Numbered from the stretch's first letter, positions 38,864 to 48,823 are shown. The stretch: 64,000 bases of DNA from Deltaproteobacteria bacterium (GCA_018645265.1 JABGOS010000118.1:7855-71854), one strand, 5' to 3'. A program made the numbers and translations. Notes: generated by a model not told the origin, from the sequence alone.

Positions 38864-39961
38864 TTAAAAGAGGGACTCTACATCGAAAGGGTCAGGGCCA
38901 TTTCTTTCGGCGCTTATGTAAATGTGACGTGAAAAACCGCCAGTGGTGAGGGATAGATCGATATGGAATCCAGGTAGTGTCCTCTTTAAGCTATATGTTA
39001 TGGACATATCTCCAAATTCCATTAAGCCAGTACCGGAAAATAGGGGTCGCTTTGATGAGGTGACGAGATCAAAGATCTTTCCGCTGTCAGTAATCATGAA
39101 AGCCATTCCACCAATCGCAAGGCTATTTATTTCCATTTCTATTACTGCATGTTGTTTTCTGCTGTGAAATGCAGCTCCGAAGACATCGAATAGGAGGTCC
39201 GTTTCTGGTAGCGATGTTAAACCGCCTGCGTCCGCTATGATTTGATCCTTGTAGGCACCTGCATTTTCCGGTTTGGCTGGATGAAGCGATATTTGTGTGA
39301 TTTCGATGTCGTCGCCGAAATGATCTTTTAACCCATTTGCCAGTGCTCCCTCTCCATCACCGATAAGTAAAATTTTTGCAGGAGAGCCATCAGCTTTCTT
39401 TTCACGTACTTTGCTTATGGCATCGATAGGATTTGCGGAACATCCATCCGCCAGTAGCCGAAGTATTTGCTTATATGATCTTCCAAATTTATAATCACCG
39501 TGCTTACTGCGAAGCGCGTTTTCCATGCGCAGTGCATGTAAGGTTTGTTCCCTGATTTTAGGTTCAAGTTTGCCCATTCTCAAAAGTTCTTCAAATGCCC
39601 ATCGTTCCAAAGGAATATTGCCTTTATCATCTTCTATCTCCACAAGATCGGGAGGTGTGGTGGGTGTTCTTGGTGTTGGTTTGAATCTGGCTGCGCATCT
39701 TGCTAGGGCACCGGTGCATTTAGATGTTAGAGAACCAAGTGCGCCGAATAGTGTTCCGGGCGGAGTGGAGGATGGTTGCATGACAGCTGTGGCTTGGGAG
39801 TGCACAGCAGCATCACTCCAAAATCTAGAGGCATAGAGTGCTGCCAGTGAGGATGTGCCGAATCCAGGAGAGATGAGGTATGGTCTTGCAGTGACCTGGT
39901 GCAGTAAGAAACCTGTATCAGGCCCGGGTGTTGTGATTGGCCGGCTTGTCTGAAATGTCAT
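38864..39961 (-). CDS. hypothetical protein with Pro/Thr/Ser-rich N-terminus and Rossmann-like GxGxG segment (possible SAM-dependent methyltransferase)
   Basis: KILLIGDGEGALANGL followed by an acidic beta-strand end (DDIEITQISL). Weak motif-level call only. Confidence 0.35.
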   Translation of the reverse strand: MTFQTSRPITTPGPDTGFLLHQVTARPYLISPGFGTSSLAALYASRFWSDAAVHSQATAVMQPSSTPPGTLFGALGSLTSKCTGALARCAARFKPTPRTPTTPPDLVEIEDDKGNIPLERWAFEELLRMGKLEPKIREQTLHALRMENALRSKHGDYKFGRSYKQILRLLADGCSANPIDAISKVREKKADGSPAKILLIGDGEGALANGLKDHFGDDIEITQISLHPAKPENAGAYKDQIIADAGGLTSLPETDLLFDVFGAAFHSRKQHAVIEMEINSLAIGGMAFMITDSGKIFDLVTSSKRPLFSGTGLMEFGDMSITYSLKRTLPGFHIDLSLTTGGFSRHIYISAERNGPDPFDVESLF

Positions 39962-40237
39962 CCCTGTTCCTCATGCCTATTATCGCCAGTAAAATCAGAT
40001 AGTTGCGCTATAAATAATCAAAACCATTTTTATGGTATTTCATTAATAATATCAAGGCTTTATAGATATTATGCGAAGGCAGCGTGCTTATCGATCAAAT
40101 ATAAATCTTAGGCCGTATGAGTTTTTGAAGTTGTCATGCCGTATACTGCAGTACACAGAAATATGACCTGTAGGGTAACATTTTTCTGCAATATTGGATA
40201 ATCAGTATGATTAACCGTTAAGAGAGGAGGCTCTTCG

Positions 40238-40714
40238 ATGTATTCTACACATGGTATTTTGCCAGCAGGAATTCCAGTAGGAATGAGTGTGCCGGGATGT
40301 CAGGTAGCTTCACTAGTATCGACCGAGGCTGGAGGGTTGCCTGTGGTTTTTGATCAAATTCGCAGCAGTTGTGCTGCCGGGCCTTCAGGTTCTCTGCCTA
40401 CTCAAAGGAGTTTTGTTTTCTGGAGTGCTGGGGAGCCTGCCAGAAAAGATTTAATTCTTAGGCCGCGCATAGACTGCAATAGATTGGTAGGCTTCACACT
40501 GTGGCAGATAGATAGAGTCTATGGGGCGTCGGATCGTATAGGTAGGGTTAACCCTAGTAGGAAGTGGAACGGTTTAATGCATCAGGTTGATGTTAATAAG
40601 CTATGCTCTAGCCCGATAAGGGGTGCTCTGCTGGCCGCTGGTCTTCAGTTGATCGATGGCGCGTATCATCATTGGGACGAACCTCTAGGAAAGTATCTTC
40701 CTCTGTATCTTTAA
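40238..40714 (+). CDS. hypothetical Pro/Gly/Ser-rich small protein
   Basis: 158-aa ORF divergent from the radical-SAM islet. No motifs. Confidence 0.35.
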   Translation: MYSTHGILPAGIPVGMSVPGCQVASLVSTEAGGLPVVFDQIRSSCAAGPSGSLPTQRSFVFWSAGEPARKDLILRPRIDCNRLVGFTLWQIDRVYGASDRIGRVNPSRKWNGLMHQVDVNKLCSSPIRGALLAAGLQLIDGAYHHWDEPLGKYLPLYL

Positions 40715-40848
40715 TCCTTGATCGGTCTATGTTTGTAATAATTACATTTAGAAATGCAACGCGTGTGAGGCTGTGCGCTTGTATGTTTTCCTATTGATAT
40801 CCCTATGCATTTCTGTATAAGAGGGCCCTCTTTGAGGCGAGGAGGGCC

Positions 40849-41466
40849 ATGCTAAGGGAGCTAACTAAAGGATTATTCAGGGAAAATCCGGTCTTGGTGC
40901 TGATGTTGGGTCTATGCCCATTTCTGGCCGTATCGGTGTCTCTTCAGAATGCTGTAGGTATGGGGTTTGCGGCTACGTTCGTTCTTATTTGTTCGAATAC
41001 CATTATCTCGATCTTTGGAAGATTCTTTCCTAGCAAGATCAGAATCCCATGTTTTATCGTAGTTATTGCAACATTTGTTTCGATCGTAGAGATGGTGATA
41101 AGTGCATGGCTTCCCGAACTTAATAAGTCACTCGGTATTTTTATTCCGCTCATCGTTGTTAACTGCATCATTCTTGGCAGGGCAGAAGCATTCGCATCGC
41201 GCAATAAAGTAATTCCATCCATATTCGATGGTTTGGGTATGGGGCTGGGTTTTAGCATTGCGTTGATAATGATTTCGTTTATCCGTGAGGTGTTGGGATC
41301 TGGTCAAATTTGGGGTATTACGATTACATCGTATTTTTCAAATGAGGGTTTGATCAAGCCTGCAGCGGTGATGGTGATGGCGCCTGGAGCGTTCGTCGTA
41401 ATCGGTTTGATAATGGGATTTCAAAATTGGCGCAAGGCCAGAAAATTGGCGCAGCCAATAAGCTAG
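40849..41466 (+). CDS. rnfE: Rnf electron-transport complex subunit E
   Basis: NPVLVLMLGLCPFLAVS, GIFIPLIVVNCIILGRAEAFAS. Collinear with E. coli RsxE. GGAGGG SD. Confidence 0.9.
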   Translation: MLRELTKGLFRENPVLVLMLGLCPFLAVSVSLQNAVGMGFAATFVLICSNTIISIFGRFFPSKIRIPCFIVVIATFVSIVEMVISAWLPELNKSLGIFIPLIVVNCIILGRAEAFASRNKVIPSIFDGLGMGLGFSIALIMISFIREVLGSGQIWGITITSYFSNEGLIKPAAVMVMAPGAFVVIGLIMGFQNWRKARKLAQPIS

Positions 41467-41475
41467 AGGAATCTG

Positions 41476-42129
41476 ATGCAGGAATATATATTACTCTTTA
41501 TATCGATCGTACTCGTTAATAACTTTATATTAGCGAAGTTCCTGGGCCTTTGTCCGTTTATTGGTGTTTCCAAGCAGAGAAAAGCCGCGATCGGTATGGG
41601 TGGCGCTGTTATCTTCGTTATGACCATGGCTTCAGTTGTTTCATGGGTTGTGTATCGTTACCTGCTGGCACCGACGGATAGTAATCTATTCTATATGATG
41701 ATGGGGCAGGGTAAAGTTCCAGCTGATTTTGATTTTACATTTCTGACGACAGTCGTCTTTATTTTGGTGATTGCAACGCTCGTTCAGCTTGTTGAGATGT
41801 TCCTCATGAAGGTGGTTCCACCTCTGTATGATGCTCTTGGCATCTACCTTCCACTTATTACGACCAACTGTGCAGTGATGGGTGTTGCTCTTCTAAATAT
41901 TAAGGACTTTGGGATGTTGCAGAATGCGGGGGTGAGCCTTGTAAAGACTGCCCTGCAGGGTTTTGGTGGAGGTGTCGGTTTTATGCTCGTCATCTTTTTG
42001 ATGAGTGGCATTCGAGAAAGGCTTGATCAGATAGAAGTTCCGGATGCGCTGAAAGGCGCACCGATTGCTTTTATATGTGCAGGGTTGATGGCGTTGGCAT
42101 TTATGGGTTTTGCTGGTTTAGGACAATAG
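41476..42129 (+). CDS. rnfA: Rnf complex subunit A
   Basis: [51 protein letters not shown]...[11 protein letters not shown]. Collinear with RsxA. Confidence 0.9.
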   Translation: MQEYILLFISIVLVNNFILAKFLGLCPFIGVSKQRKAAIGMGGAVIFVMTMASVVSWVVYRYLLAPTDSNLFYMMMGQGKVPADFDFTFLTTVVFILVIATLVQLVEMFLMKVVPPLYDALGIYLPLITTNCAVMGVALLNIKDFGMLQNAGVSLVKTALQGFGGGVGFMLVIFLMSGIRERLDQIEVPDALKGAPIAFICAGLMALAFMGFAGLGQ

Positions 42130-42148
42130 TGAAGGACGAACGGATAAC

Positions 42149-43030
42149 ATGTTACCATCTCTAATGATATTAGGATTTCTTGGACTGCTCTTTGGCTTTG
42201 GGCTCTTTATAGCCTCGCGAGTCTTCAGAGTTAATGTTGATGTGCGTATCGCTAGAGTCGAGCATGCCCTTCCAGGTGCAAACTGTGGAGCGTGTGGGCT
42301 AGCAGGCTGCGGTGCCTTTGCAAAAGCGATCGTTCATGGAAGCGCTGACATAACGGGATGTATACCTGGTGGTGATTCTGTAGCGCATCTCGTTGCTGAT
42401 ATCATGGGTGTTGAAGCGAAAGAGGTAGAAAAGGATGTCGCAATTCTCAGGTGTCAGGGTAAAGATGTTCAAGATAGATATGAATATCAGGGTGTGAAGA
42501 CTTGCGCTGCAGCGGCGCTCATACACGGCGGCCCAAAGAGCTGTCTCGAGGGATGCATCGGTTTTGGAGATTGCTGTAAGGTCTGTCCCTTCGATGCTCT
42601 TCATATGAAGGATGGTCTTCCCGTAGTTGATGAAGCCAAATGTAAAAGCTGTGGTAAGTGCGTTGAAGCATGTCCAAAGGGTCTATTTGATCTTCAACCG
42701 ATTGGAAAATTGGTGCATGTCCGCTGCAAGAATCATGAGCTTGGGAAATTCGTTCGCAAGTCCTGTGCGGTGGGATGTATCGCTTGTAAAAAATGCGAAA
42801 AAATATGCAAATTCGATGCTGTTCATATCGAGAATAATCTTGCGGTCTTCGACTATGAAAAGTGCGTATCATGTGGTCTATGCGTAAAGGAATGTCCTAC
42901 TGGTACGATCGTGAATTTACGCATGGAGAGAAAAACAATTGGATTGTGGCCTATAAAGAAAAAGGAAGAGGTAAAGACTGAGGCTGTGGAGAGCGATGCA
43001 GCTCAACCTCAATCTGAAGCTCAATCTTGA
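42149..43030 (+). CDS. rnfB: Rnf complex subunit B (polyferredoxin)
   Basis: N-terminal TM segment, CGACGLAGCGAF cluster and four CxxCxxCxxxCP ferredoxin motifs. Confidence 0.9.
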   Translation: MLPSLMILGFLGLLFGFGLFIASRVFRVNVDVRIARVEHALPGANCGACGLAGCGAFAKAIVHGSADITGCIPGGDSVAHLVADIMGVEAKEVEKDVAILRCQGKDVQDRYEYQGVKTCAAAALIHGGPKSCLEGCIGFGDCCKVCPFDALHMKDGLPVVDEAKCKSCGKCVEACPKGLFDLQPIGKLVHVRCKNHELGKFVRKSCAVGCIACKKCEKICKFDAVHIENNLAVFDYEKCVSCGLCVKECPTGTIVNLRMERKTIGLWPIKKKEEVKTEAVESDAAQPQSEAQS

Positions 43031-43036
43031 ATATTT

Positions 43037-44359
43037 ATGAAAACATTTAAAGACGGCGGCATACATCCTCCTGAGATGAAACAACTCTCGAAGGACTCGA
43101 AGTTGGAAAGGATAGAGCTTCCTAAGCAGCTCATCTTTCCCGTATCCCAGCATATCGGTGCCCCTGCAAAGGCTATCGTGAGTGTGGGGGATGAGGTTCT
43201 TAAAGGTCAGGTTATTGCAGAGGCTAATGGGTTTGTCTCCGTTCCGATTCATGCATCCACCTCAGGCAAGGTTGTAACGATAGAGCCCCGTACAACGGTA
43301 CTTGGTAAGATATGCGACCATATAGTTATTGAGTCGGATGGGCAGGATAAGTGGTCTGAGGAGAATAAACGGTCACGTGAGTGGAAGGATCTTGGCAAAG
43401 ATAAGATTAAGTCCTTCATAAAGGATGCTGGAATTGTGGGGATGGGCGGCGCTGCTTTTCCTACGCATGTAAAACTCTCACCACCAGATGATCGTCCAAT
43501 AGATACGCTCATTCTTAACGGTATTGAGTGCGAACCTTATCTTACATGTGACTATCGCCTCATGATGGAGAAGACTAAGGGGGTTATAGAGGGTCTTCGT
43601 ATTATCATGAAGGTGTTAGGCGTTGAGAGAGCGATTATTGGGGTTGAGGCTAATAAACAGGATGCATTTGAAGCTATGCGTGATGCGTGTTGGGCTGATG
43701 ATGGTATCAGTGCTGAGTTGCTTAAAGTGAAATATCCGCAGGGCGCTGAAAAACAGCTTATTGAAGCGCTGATCGGTCGCGAAGTTCCGCCCGGTAAATT
43801 ACCGCTCGACGTTGGTGTAGTGGTACAGAATGTTGGTACTGCTTACGCTGTTTATGAGGCGGTAACTCAATCTAAACCTCTGATCGAGAGAGCGGTGACG
43901 GTTACAGGTGATGGGATATCGAAGCCTGCCAATCTGATCGTGCCTATCGGAACACCGATAAGTGATCTTCTTCAGCGTCAAGGTGTGAATCCTAAGACGA
44001 AGAAACTAATTCTTGGCGGACCTATGATGGGGATAGCCGTTCCGACGCCTGAGTTTCCGGTGACTAAGGGAACGAGTGGAATACTCGCTTTGATGAAAAT
44101 TCCGAACTACATGCCTGGTCCTTGTATCAGGTGTGGTAAGTGTGTTTCTGTATGTCCTCTTCGAGGGATGGCTGCCGAGATGGTCGCTGCGATTGAGGCT
44201 GGGCAGGTTGAGAAATACGAACATCTTCATGTGCTGGATTGTGTTGAGTGTGGAACGTGCACGTTCGCATGTCCATCGCATCGTACGTTGGTTCATTATG
44301 TTAAACAGGCGAAGGCTGAATATCAGGCATGGAAGGCTGAGCAACAGAATAAAAAATAG
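43037..44359 (+). CDS. rnfC: Rnf complex subunit C
   Basis: NADH/FMN-binding region GIVGMGGAAFPTHVKL and two 4Fe-4S motifs (CIRCGKCVSVCP, CVECGTCTFACP). Confidence 0.9.
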   Translation: MKTFKDGGIHPPEMKQLSKDSKLERIELPKQLIFPVSQHIGAPAKAIVSVGDEVLKGQVIAEANGFVSVPIHASTSGKVVTIEPRTTVLGKICDHIVIESDGQDKWSEENKRSREWKDLGKDKIKSFIKDAGIVGMGGAAFPTHVKLSPPDDRPIDTLILNGIECEPYLTCDYRLMMEKTKGVIEGLRIIMKVLGVERAIIGVEANKQDAFEAMRDACWADDGISAELLKVKYPQGAEKQLIEALIGREVPPGKLPLDVGVVVQNVGTAYAVYEAVTQSKPLIERAVTVTGDGISKPANLIVPIGTPISDLLQRQGVNPKTKKLILGGPMMGIAVPTPEFPVTKGTSGILALMKIPNYMPGPCIRCGKCVSVCPLRGMAAEMVAAIEAGQVEKYEHLHVLDCVECGTCTFACPSHRTLVHYVKQAKAEYQAWKAEQQNKK

Positions 44360-44368
44360 GGTGTCAGA

Positions 44369-45415
44369 ATGGCGGATGCATTATTCGAAAATAAACTGAT
44401 TGTTGGTCCATCACCACACGTTGGCACCTGTGACTCCGTGTCGAGGATTATGTGGAGCGTTGTGATCGCGCTTGTACCGGCGTTCTTCGTTGCGGCTCTG
44501 AACTTTGGGCTATACGCTGTGGCAGTTGCCCTTGTATCTATTATAACTGCTGTAATAGTTGAGGCGGCTGTGCAGAAGTTCAGGGGTGTACCGATTACGG
44601 TGAGTGATGGTTCAGCCGTGGTTACAGGTTTATTGCTTGCTTTTACGCTGCCACCCGATGTGCCATTGTATATTCCGGTTATTGGAAGTGCCTTTGCTAT
44701 AGGGATTGCGAAACACGCTTTTGGCGGCTTAGGTTGTAATATCTGGAATCCAGCCCTTGCTGGTCGCGCATTTTTGTTGGCTGCGTATTCGAGCAATATC
44801 GTAATGACAAAATGGCCAATTCTTGGGACGCCATTTACCGGAAATGTTGCTATCGATGCGGTGACGAAGGCTACGCCGCTCGCGGTGTTGAAAACAGCGC
44901 CGCTAGCATTTTTTAAAAGCTATTCGCTTATGGAACTTTTTCTTGGACGAATCGCAGGATCGATGGGGGAAATGTCTGCACTGGTCTTGATAATCGGCGG
45001 GCTCTTCCTTATCTTTAAGGGTTACATCAATTGGCGTCTTCCTCTAGGATTTATTCTGACGGTTGCAGTGCTTACAGTGTTATTACCTGTTCGCGATTCT
45101 CATGGAGAATTTATCGTATTGTGGAGACATCTTGATACTGTAGGTTTTAATCAGATCATAGGTATTTCTTTGGCACAGGTTCTCTCAGGTGGTCTGATGC
45201 TCGGAGCTTTCTTTATGGCAACCGATATGGTTACGAGCCCTCTCTCAGGAAGGGGGCAGCTCATATTCGGTATTGGATGTGGAGTTTTAACGGCGATCAT
45301 ACGCCTGTACGGTGGTTATCCTGAAGGCGTTTGTTACTCGATATTGATTATGAACACAGCTGTTTGGTTGATAGATAAGCATACAGTTCCGAGGTTCTTT
45401 GGAGCTAGAAAATGA
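44369..45415 (+). CDS. rnfD: Rnf complex subunit D (NqrB-like)
   Basis: Polytopic membrane protein. VTGLLLAF, GGLGCNIWNPALAGRAFLL, FMATDMVTSP. Confidence 0.9.
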   Translation: MADALFENKLIVGPSPHVGTCDSVSRIMWSVVIALVPAFFVAALNFGLYAVAVALVSIITAVIVEAAVQKFRGVPITVSDGSAVVTGLLLAFTLPPDVPLYIPVIGSAFAIGIAKHAFGGLGCNIWNPALAGRAFLLAAYSSNIVMTKWPILGTPFTGNVAIDAVTKATPLAVLKTAPLAFFKSYSLMELFLGRIAGSMGEMSALVLIIGGLFLIFKGYINWRLPLGFILTVAVLTVLLPVRDSHGEFIVLWRHLDTVGFNQIIGISLAQVLSGGLMLGAFFMATDMVTSPLSGRGQLIFGIGCGVLTAIIRLYGGYPEGVCYSILIMNTAVWLIDKHTVPRFFGARK

Positions 45416-46032
45416 CAGAAAAGAAAAAAATGCCTGATTGGATAAAGTTTCCCCTAACGCTCCTTGTAGTAACTTTAATCTCTGCGGCGAGTCTGGCTGC
45501 TCTATATTCCGTAACGCTTCCGAAAAAGAAAGCGATGCAGAAGAAGATTGAACAGGAGGCGCTGAAGGTAGTGATGCCGGAGGCTGATTCATTTGAAATA
45601 AAGATAGCCGATCTCGATGGTGAAAAGTTCCAGTATAGAATTGCCAAGAAGGGTGGCAGGGAAATTGGTTATGTAGCACAGGGTCATGCCACCGGTTATT
45701 CAAGTATTCTTCAAGTTATGGTGGGTGTTGATAAAAAATTTGTAGTGCAGGGTATAAAGGTTCTGTATCAGAAGGAGACTCCGGGTTTAGGTGATAAGGT
45801 GGAGGAGATCCTTTCAAAGAAGACGTGGGGAACTATTTTTGCTGGTACGAGTCCTGATGAGACTGGCCTTCGCCCCTGGTTTCAAGTTCAGTTCGATAAT
45901 AAGAAAGTTCCTGTAAAGGTGAATAAAGATGGCGGCGATATCGATGCGATAACCGGCGCCACCATATCATCACGTGCTGTATGTAATGCGGTTAACGAAG
46001 CAGTCTCCGGTATTCAAAAGGCCTTGAAGTAA
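45412..46032 (+). CDS. rnfG: Rnf complex subunit G (FMN-binding)
   Basis: N-terminal TM segment and the covalent-FMN motif DAITGATISSRAV. 4-nt overlap with rnfD. Confidence 0.9.
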   Translation: MTEKKKMPDWIKFPLTLLVVTLISAASLAALYSVTLPKKKAMQKKIEQEALKVVMPEADSFEIKIADLDGEKFQYRIAKKGGREIGYVAQGHATGYSSILQVMVGVDKKFVVQGIKVLYQKETPGLGDKVEEILSKKTWGTIFAGTSPDETGLRPWFQVQFDNKKVPVKVNKDGGDIDAITGATISSRAVCNAVNEAVSGIQKALK

Positions 46033-46190
46033 TCCGGTTCCTGGTAATTTCAGTAATAACCTTATAAATCATATAGATATATATGTCACAGGTTTGCTCT
46101 TGTTGCCCGGCAAAGTACGCAACTTTTTTGTCATTCGAACGAGAAGTCTAATCATTCAAGAGGTTGCCTTAAGTAGTGGAGGTTTTAAAA

Positions 46191-46997
46191 ATGATCGGTT
46201 CGGCATTAAATGTTTTAGCTTCAACAACTATAGCTGCAGGGGCAGCTTTTGCTGGTGCTGTGCCGTCTCCCGGCAAGTGGTTGGGAGCGAAGTTGGATAG
46301 ATTCTGTGCACCCGCGACTGATTCCATGGGGTGGAGCACAATACCAGTCGATGCAAACAGAAATTATTTCTACACAAAGCGCGTGCAGAGGGCTTTAGCG
46401 CAGCGCTCAACTGCCTACAATGCTTTCAAGTGGAGTTTTGATAAAGCTTTTGCAGCATCTGCACTGATTGCCACCGCCCCTCTGCTAGCAGCATCAGGCG
46501 CGGCTATTCGTTTAACCGCTGGGGGTCCTATACTATTTGTTCAAGAACGTATTGGAAAGGATAGTATGCCGTTCGATGTATATAAGCTTCGTACAATGCA
46601 TGTCGGTTCAGAAGAGCTGGGTACCTATACTGCTTCAGAGGGTGATCCGAGAGTGACGCGCGTTGGTAAATTCTTAAGACGATACCGCTTCGATGAGTTG
46701 CCACAATTTATAAATGTGTTGATTGGTGATATGAGCATGATAGGCCCGAGGCCAGATGCATTAGATATGGTTCGTATGAAGGTAGAAGCTAATGATGGAT
46801 TTAATGCTCGCCACTTGGCTAAACCTGGAATTACAGGTTGGGCACAGGTGCGGGAAGTATATGTAAATGAAGATATGACTCGGCTTGAACTTCAGGTGCA
46901 TGATGATATTTTTGGTATTACAAATGCTTCGGTTCTGCTTGATCTAGAGGTCGTGTTGAGAACTGCCTGGACCATCTTTGCTGGACGTGGAAATTAG
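46191..46997 (+). CDS. monotopic phosphoglycosyl transferase (bacterial sugar transferase / PglC-WbaP C-domain type) with about 85-aa N-terminal extension
   Basis: GGPILFVQERIGKD, KLRTM, DELPQFINVLIGDMSMIGPRPD. ATG at 46191 has a GGAGG SD. The GTG start at 46176 in the ORF track is rejected. Confidence 0.8.
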   Translation: MIGSALNVLASTTIAAGAAFAGAVPSPGKWLGAKLDRFCAPATDSMGWSTIPVDANRNYFYTKRVQRALAQRSTAYNAFKWSFDKAFAASALIATAPLLAASGAAIRLTAGGPILFVQERIGKDSMPFDVYKLRTMHVGSEELGTYTASEGDPRVTRVGKFLRRYRFDELPQFINVLIGDMSMIGPRPDALDMVRMKVEANDGFNARHLAKPGITGWAQVREVYVNEDMTRLELQVHDDIFGITNASVLLDLEVVLRTAWTIFAGRGN

Positions 46998-47449
46998 AGG
47001 ATAATATCCTTAAGTGTCTTTGGGATCTCATTTAAGGATTCTTCTACAGATGTTGAAAGAGAAGTTCCCATGCCAATATGTTCCGGCTGAATTCCCACAA
47101 TAATAACTTTTTCTGGATAACTTCCTGCGTGCTTCGCTAATTCCAGTGCGCCCAGTAAGTCGGTAGCGTGAAGGCTGATCTCGTCATTCGTGTCACGCTT
47201 GAGATCTGCGGCATTGAAAATGCTGATTTCGCCCGGTTTTGCTTCAAAATCTGCACAATCGATAATAACAACTAGTTTCCTTCCTTCGATCATATGGAGT
47301 AGGGCGACTCCTGGAGTTCCGCCATCGATGATATCGATATCATCTGACCAGTTCATTGTGCGAAGTTTGGCGATGGCATGGATGCCTACACCCTCGTCGC
47401 TCATGAGGTAATTTCCAACTCCGATTATCGCTGTAGGTTTCTTTGTCAT
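46994..47449 (-). CDS. hydrogenase maturation endopeptidase (HycI/HoxW type)
   Basis: IIGVGNYLMSDEGVGIHA, IIDGG, and HATDLLGAL metal-site motifs. Internal ATG (MTKKP) chosen. Confidence 0.85.
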   Translation of the reverse strand: MTKKPTAIIGVGNYLMSDEGVGIHAIAKLRTMNWSDDIDIIDGGTPGVALLHMIEGRKLVVIIDCADFEAKPGEISIFNAADLKRDTNDEISLHATDLLGALELAKHAGSYPEKVIIVGIQPEHIGMGTSLSTSVEESLNEIPKTLKDIIL

Positions 47450-47518
47450 AATTCTGCATCCAATAAAAAACCGGGGAGAGACATAGCCCCTCCCCGGTCG
47501 CATTGCAATCTATCAAAG

Positions 47519-48823
47519 TTACTTATTGTTGAAGTTAACTTTTAAATAATGCGTCGAGCAGGATATGCATGGATCGTATGCGCGTACCAGCATTTCAAGA
47601 AGCAGCTCAACTTCAGCCTGAGGCTTATTGACGATCTGGGGAACCAGCGCTTCCATATCCCTCTGTATGTTATTGTGATTCTGGTTTGTAGGGATAATGC
47701 AGTTGGCCTTTGTGCAAACACCGTCATCATCGTAGGTATAGTCATGAATCAGGATTCCGCGAGGTACATCCACTACTCCGATTCCGCGGCCAGCCTTCGG
47801 CTTGACCTCAACTGTTTCCTCCTTGATGCCACGATGTAGGAGTTCATCGATGATGCGTACTGAGTCATCCACCATATAGATGCATTCGACAAACTGTGCC
47901 ACAGTATTCATGAAGGTATTGTAGCACGGTGCAACGAGCCCAATCTCCTCAGCGTACTTTTTGGCATTCGGTGTCAACTGGGCATGGTTGATGTTGAAAC
48001 GGGCAAGCGCTCCAACCATGAGAGAATCCTGTTTCCGTTTTGTGTACTTTGCTGTGGATTGCGGTACGCAGAACTCATTAGTCCAGGTTTCGTATTCCGT
48101 GATCGGGGCTGTGTCGCCGAGCGATGAGCCAAGAAGACCGTCGTAGAGTGCATATTCATTTTTGTCGGTTAGTGAGACATACTCGGTTTCGCGCGTAAAG
48201 TTTGGCAGCTTAGGTGCAAGTGCCTTGAGGAGGTTTCCAACTGCCGTAAGGTCGGGAGCAGCAGAAAGAAGCGTATCCTTCAAACCCTTCAGTTCATCTA
48301 TAGTTGGAACCTTGGAAAAGCCACCAGGGATGATTCTCTGTGGATGAATCGTCCGACCACAGACGAGATCGCTCATTTGGTTTGCGATTCTATGAAGTTT
48401 TATAACTGTTTTTACCTCGTTTGGATGGGAGGTAGCGAGTGGGATTACCGAGCCTACGCCTACGAGATCCGGTAGCACTAGGTAGCCTACATGCAACACA
48501 TGGCTCTGAAGGTTTTCAGCGTGAATTGCAAGACGTCTAAGCAGTTCTGATTGATCAGAGAGCTTTAAGCCCATCGCGTTTTCTGTAGCTTTGACCGATG
48601 CGGAGGTATGGCCGATCGAGCAGATGCCACAAATGCGGCTGGTTATATGGTGAAGCATGTCCCATTTTTGTCCGATAACCATGGCTTCAAAATAGCGTGG
48701 CGCCTCTGGGCCCTGCCACTGTACATTCTCAACGTTGCCATCTTTGGCATTGACCACTATGTTTCCATGACCCTCAACGCGGGTTACATAATGAATATCG
48801 ATATTAAGGTTTCCGTTACTCAT
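47519..48823 (-). CDS. [NiFe]-hydrogenase large (alpha) subunit, group 3b-like
   Basis: L1 motif RICGICSIGHTSA. C-terminal L2 motif DPCISCSTHYL. GGAGGAA SD. Confidence 0.9.
   Translation of the reverse strand: MSNGNLNIDIHYVTRVEGHGNIVVNAKDGNVENVQWQGPEAPRYFEAMVIGQKWDMLHHITSRICGICSIGHTSASVKATENAMGLKLSDQSELLRRLAIHAENLQSHVLHVGYLVLPDLVGVGSVIPLATSHPNEVKTVIKLHRIANQMSDLVCGRTIHPQRIIPGGFSKVPTIDELKGLKDTLLSAAPDLTAVGNLLKALAPKLPNFTRETEYVSLTDKNEYALYDGLLGSSLGDTAPITEYETWTNEFCVPQSTAKYTKRKQDSLMVGALARFNINHAQLTPNAKKYAEEIGLVAPCYNTFMNTVAQFVECIYMVDDSVRIIDELLHRGIKEETVEVKPKAGRGIGVVDVPRGILIHDYTYDDDGVCTKANCIIPTNQNHNNIQRDMEALVPQIVNKPQAEVELLLEMLVRAYDPCISCSTHYLKVNFNNK

Noticed and set aside
46094-46300. 68-aa ORF overlapping the start of the phosphoglycosyl transferase gene
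   Set aside because: Different frame across the PGT SD and N-terminus. Cys-rich nonsense (GSFCWCCAVS) with no SD.
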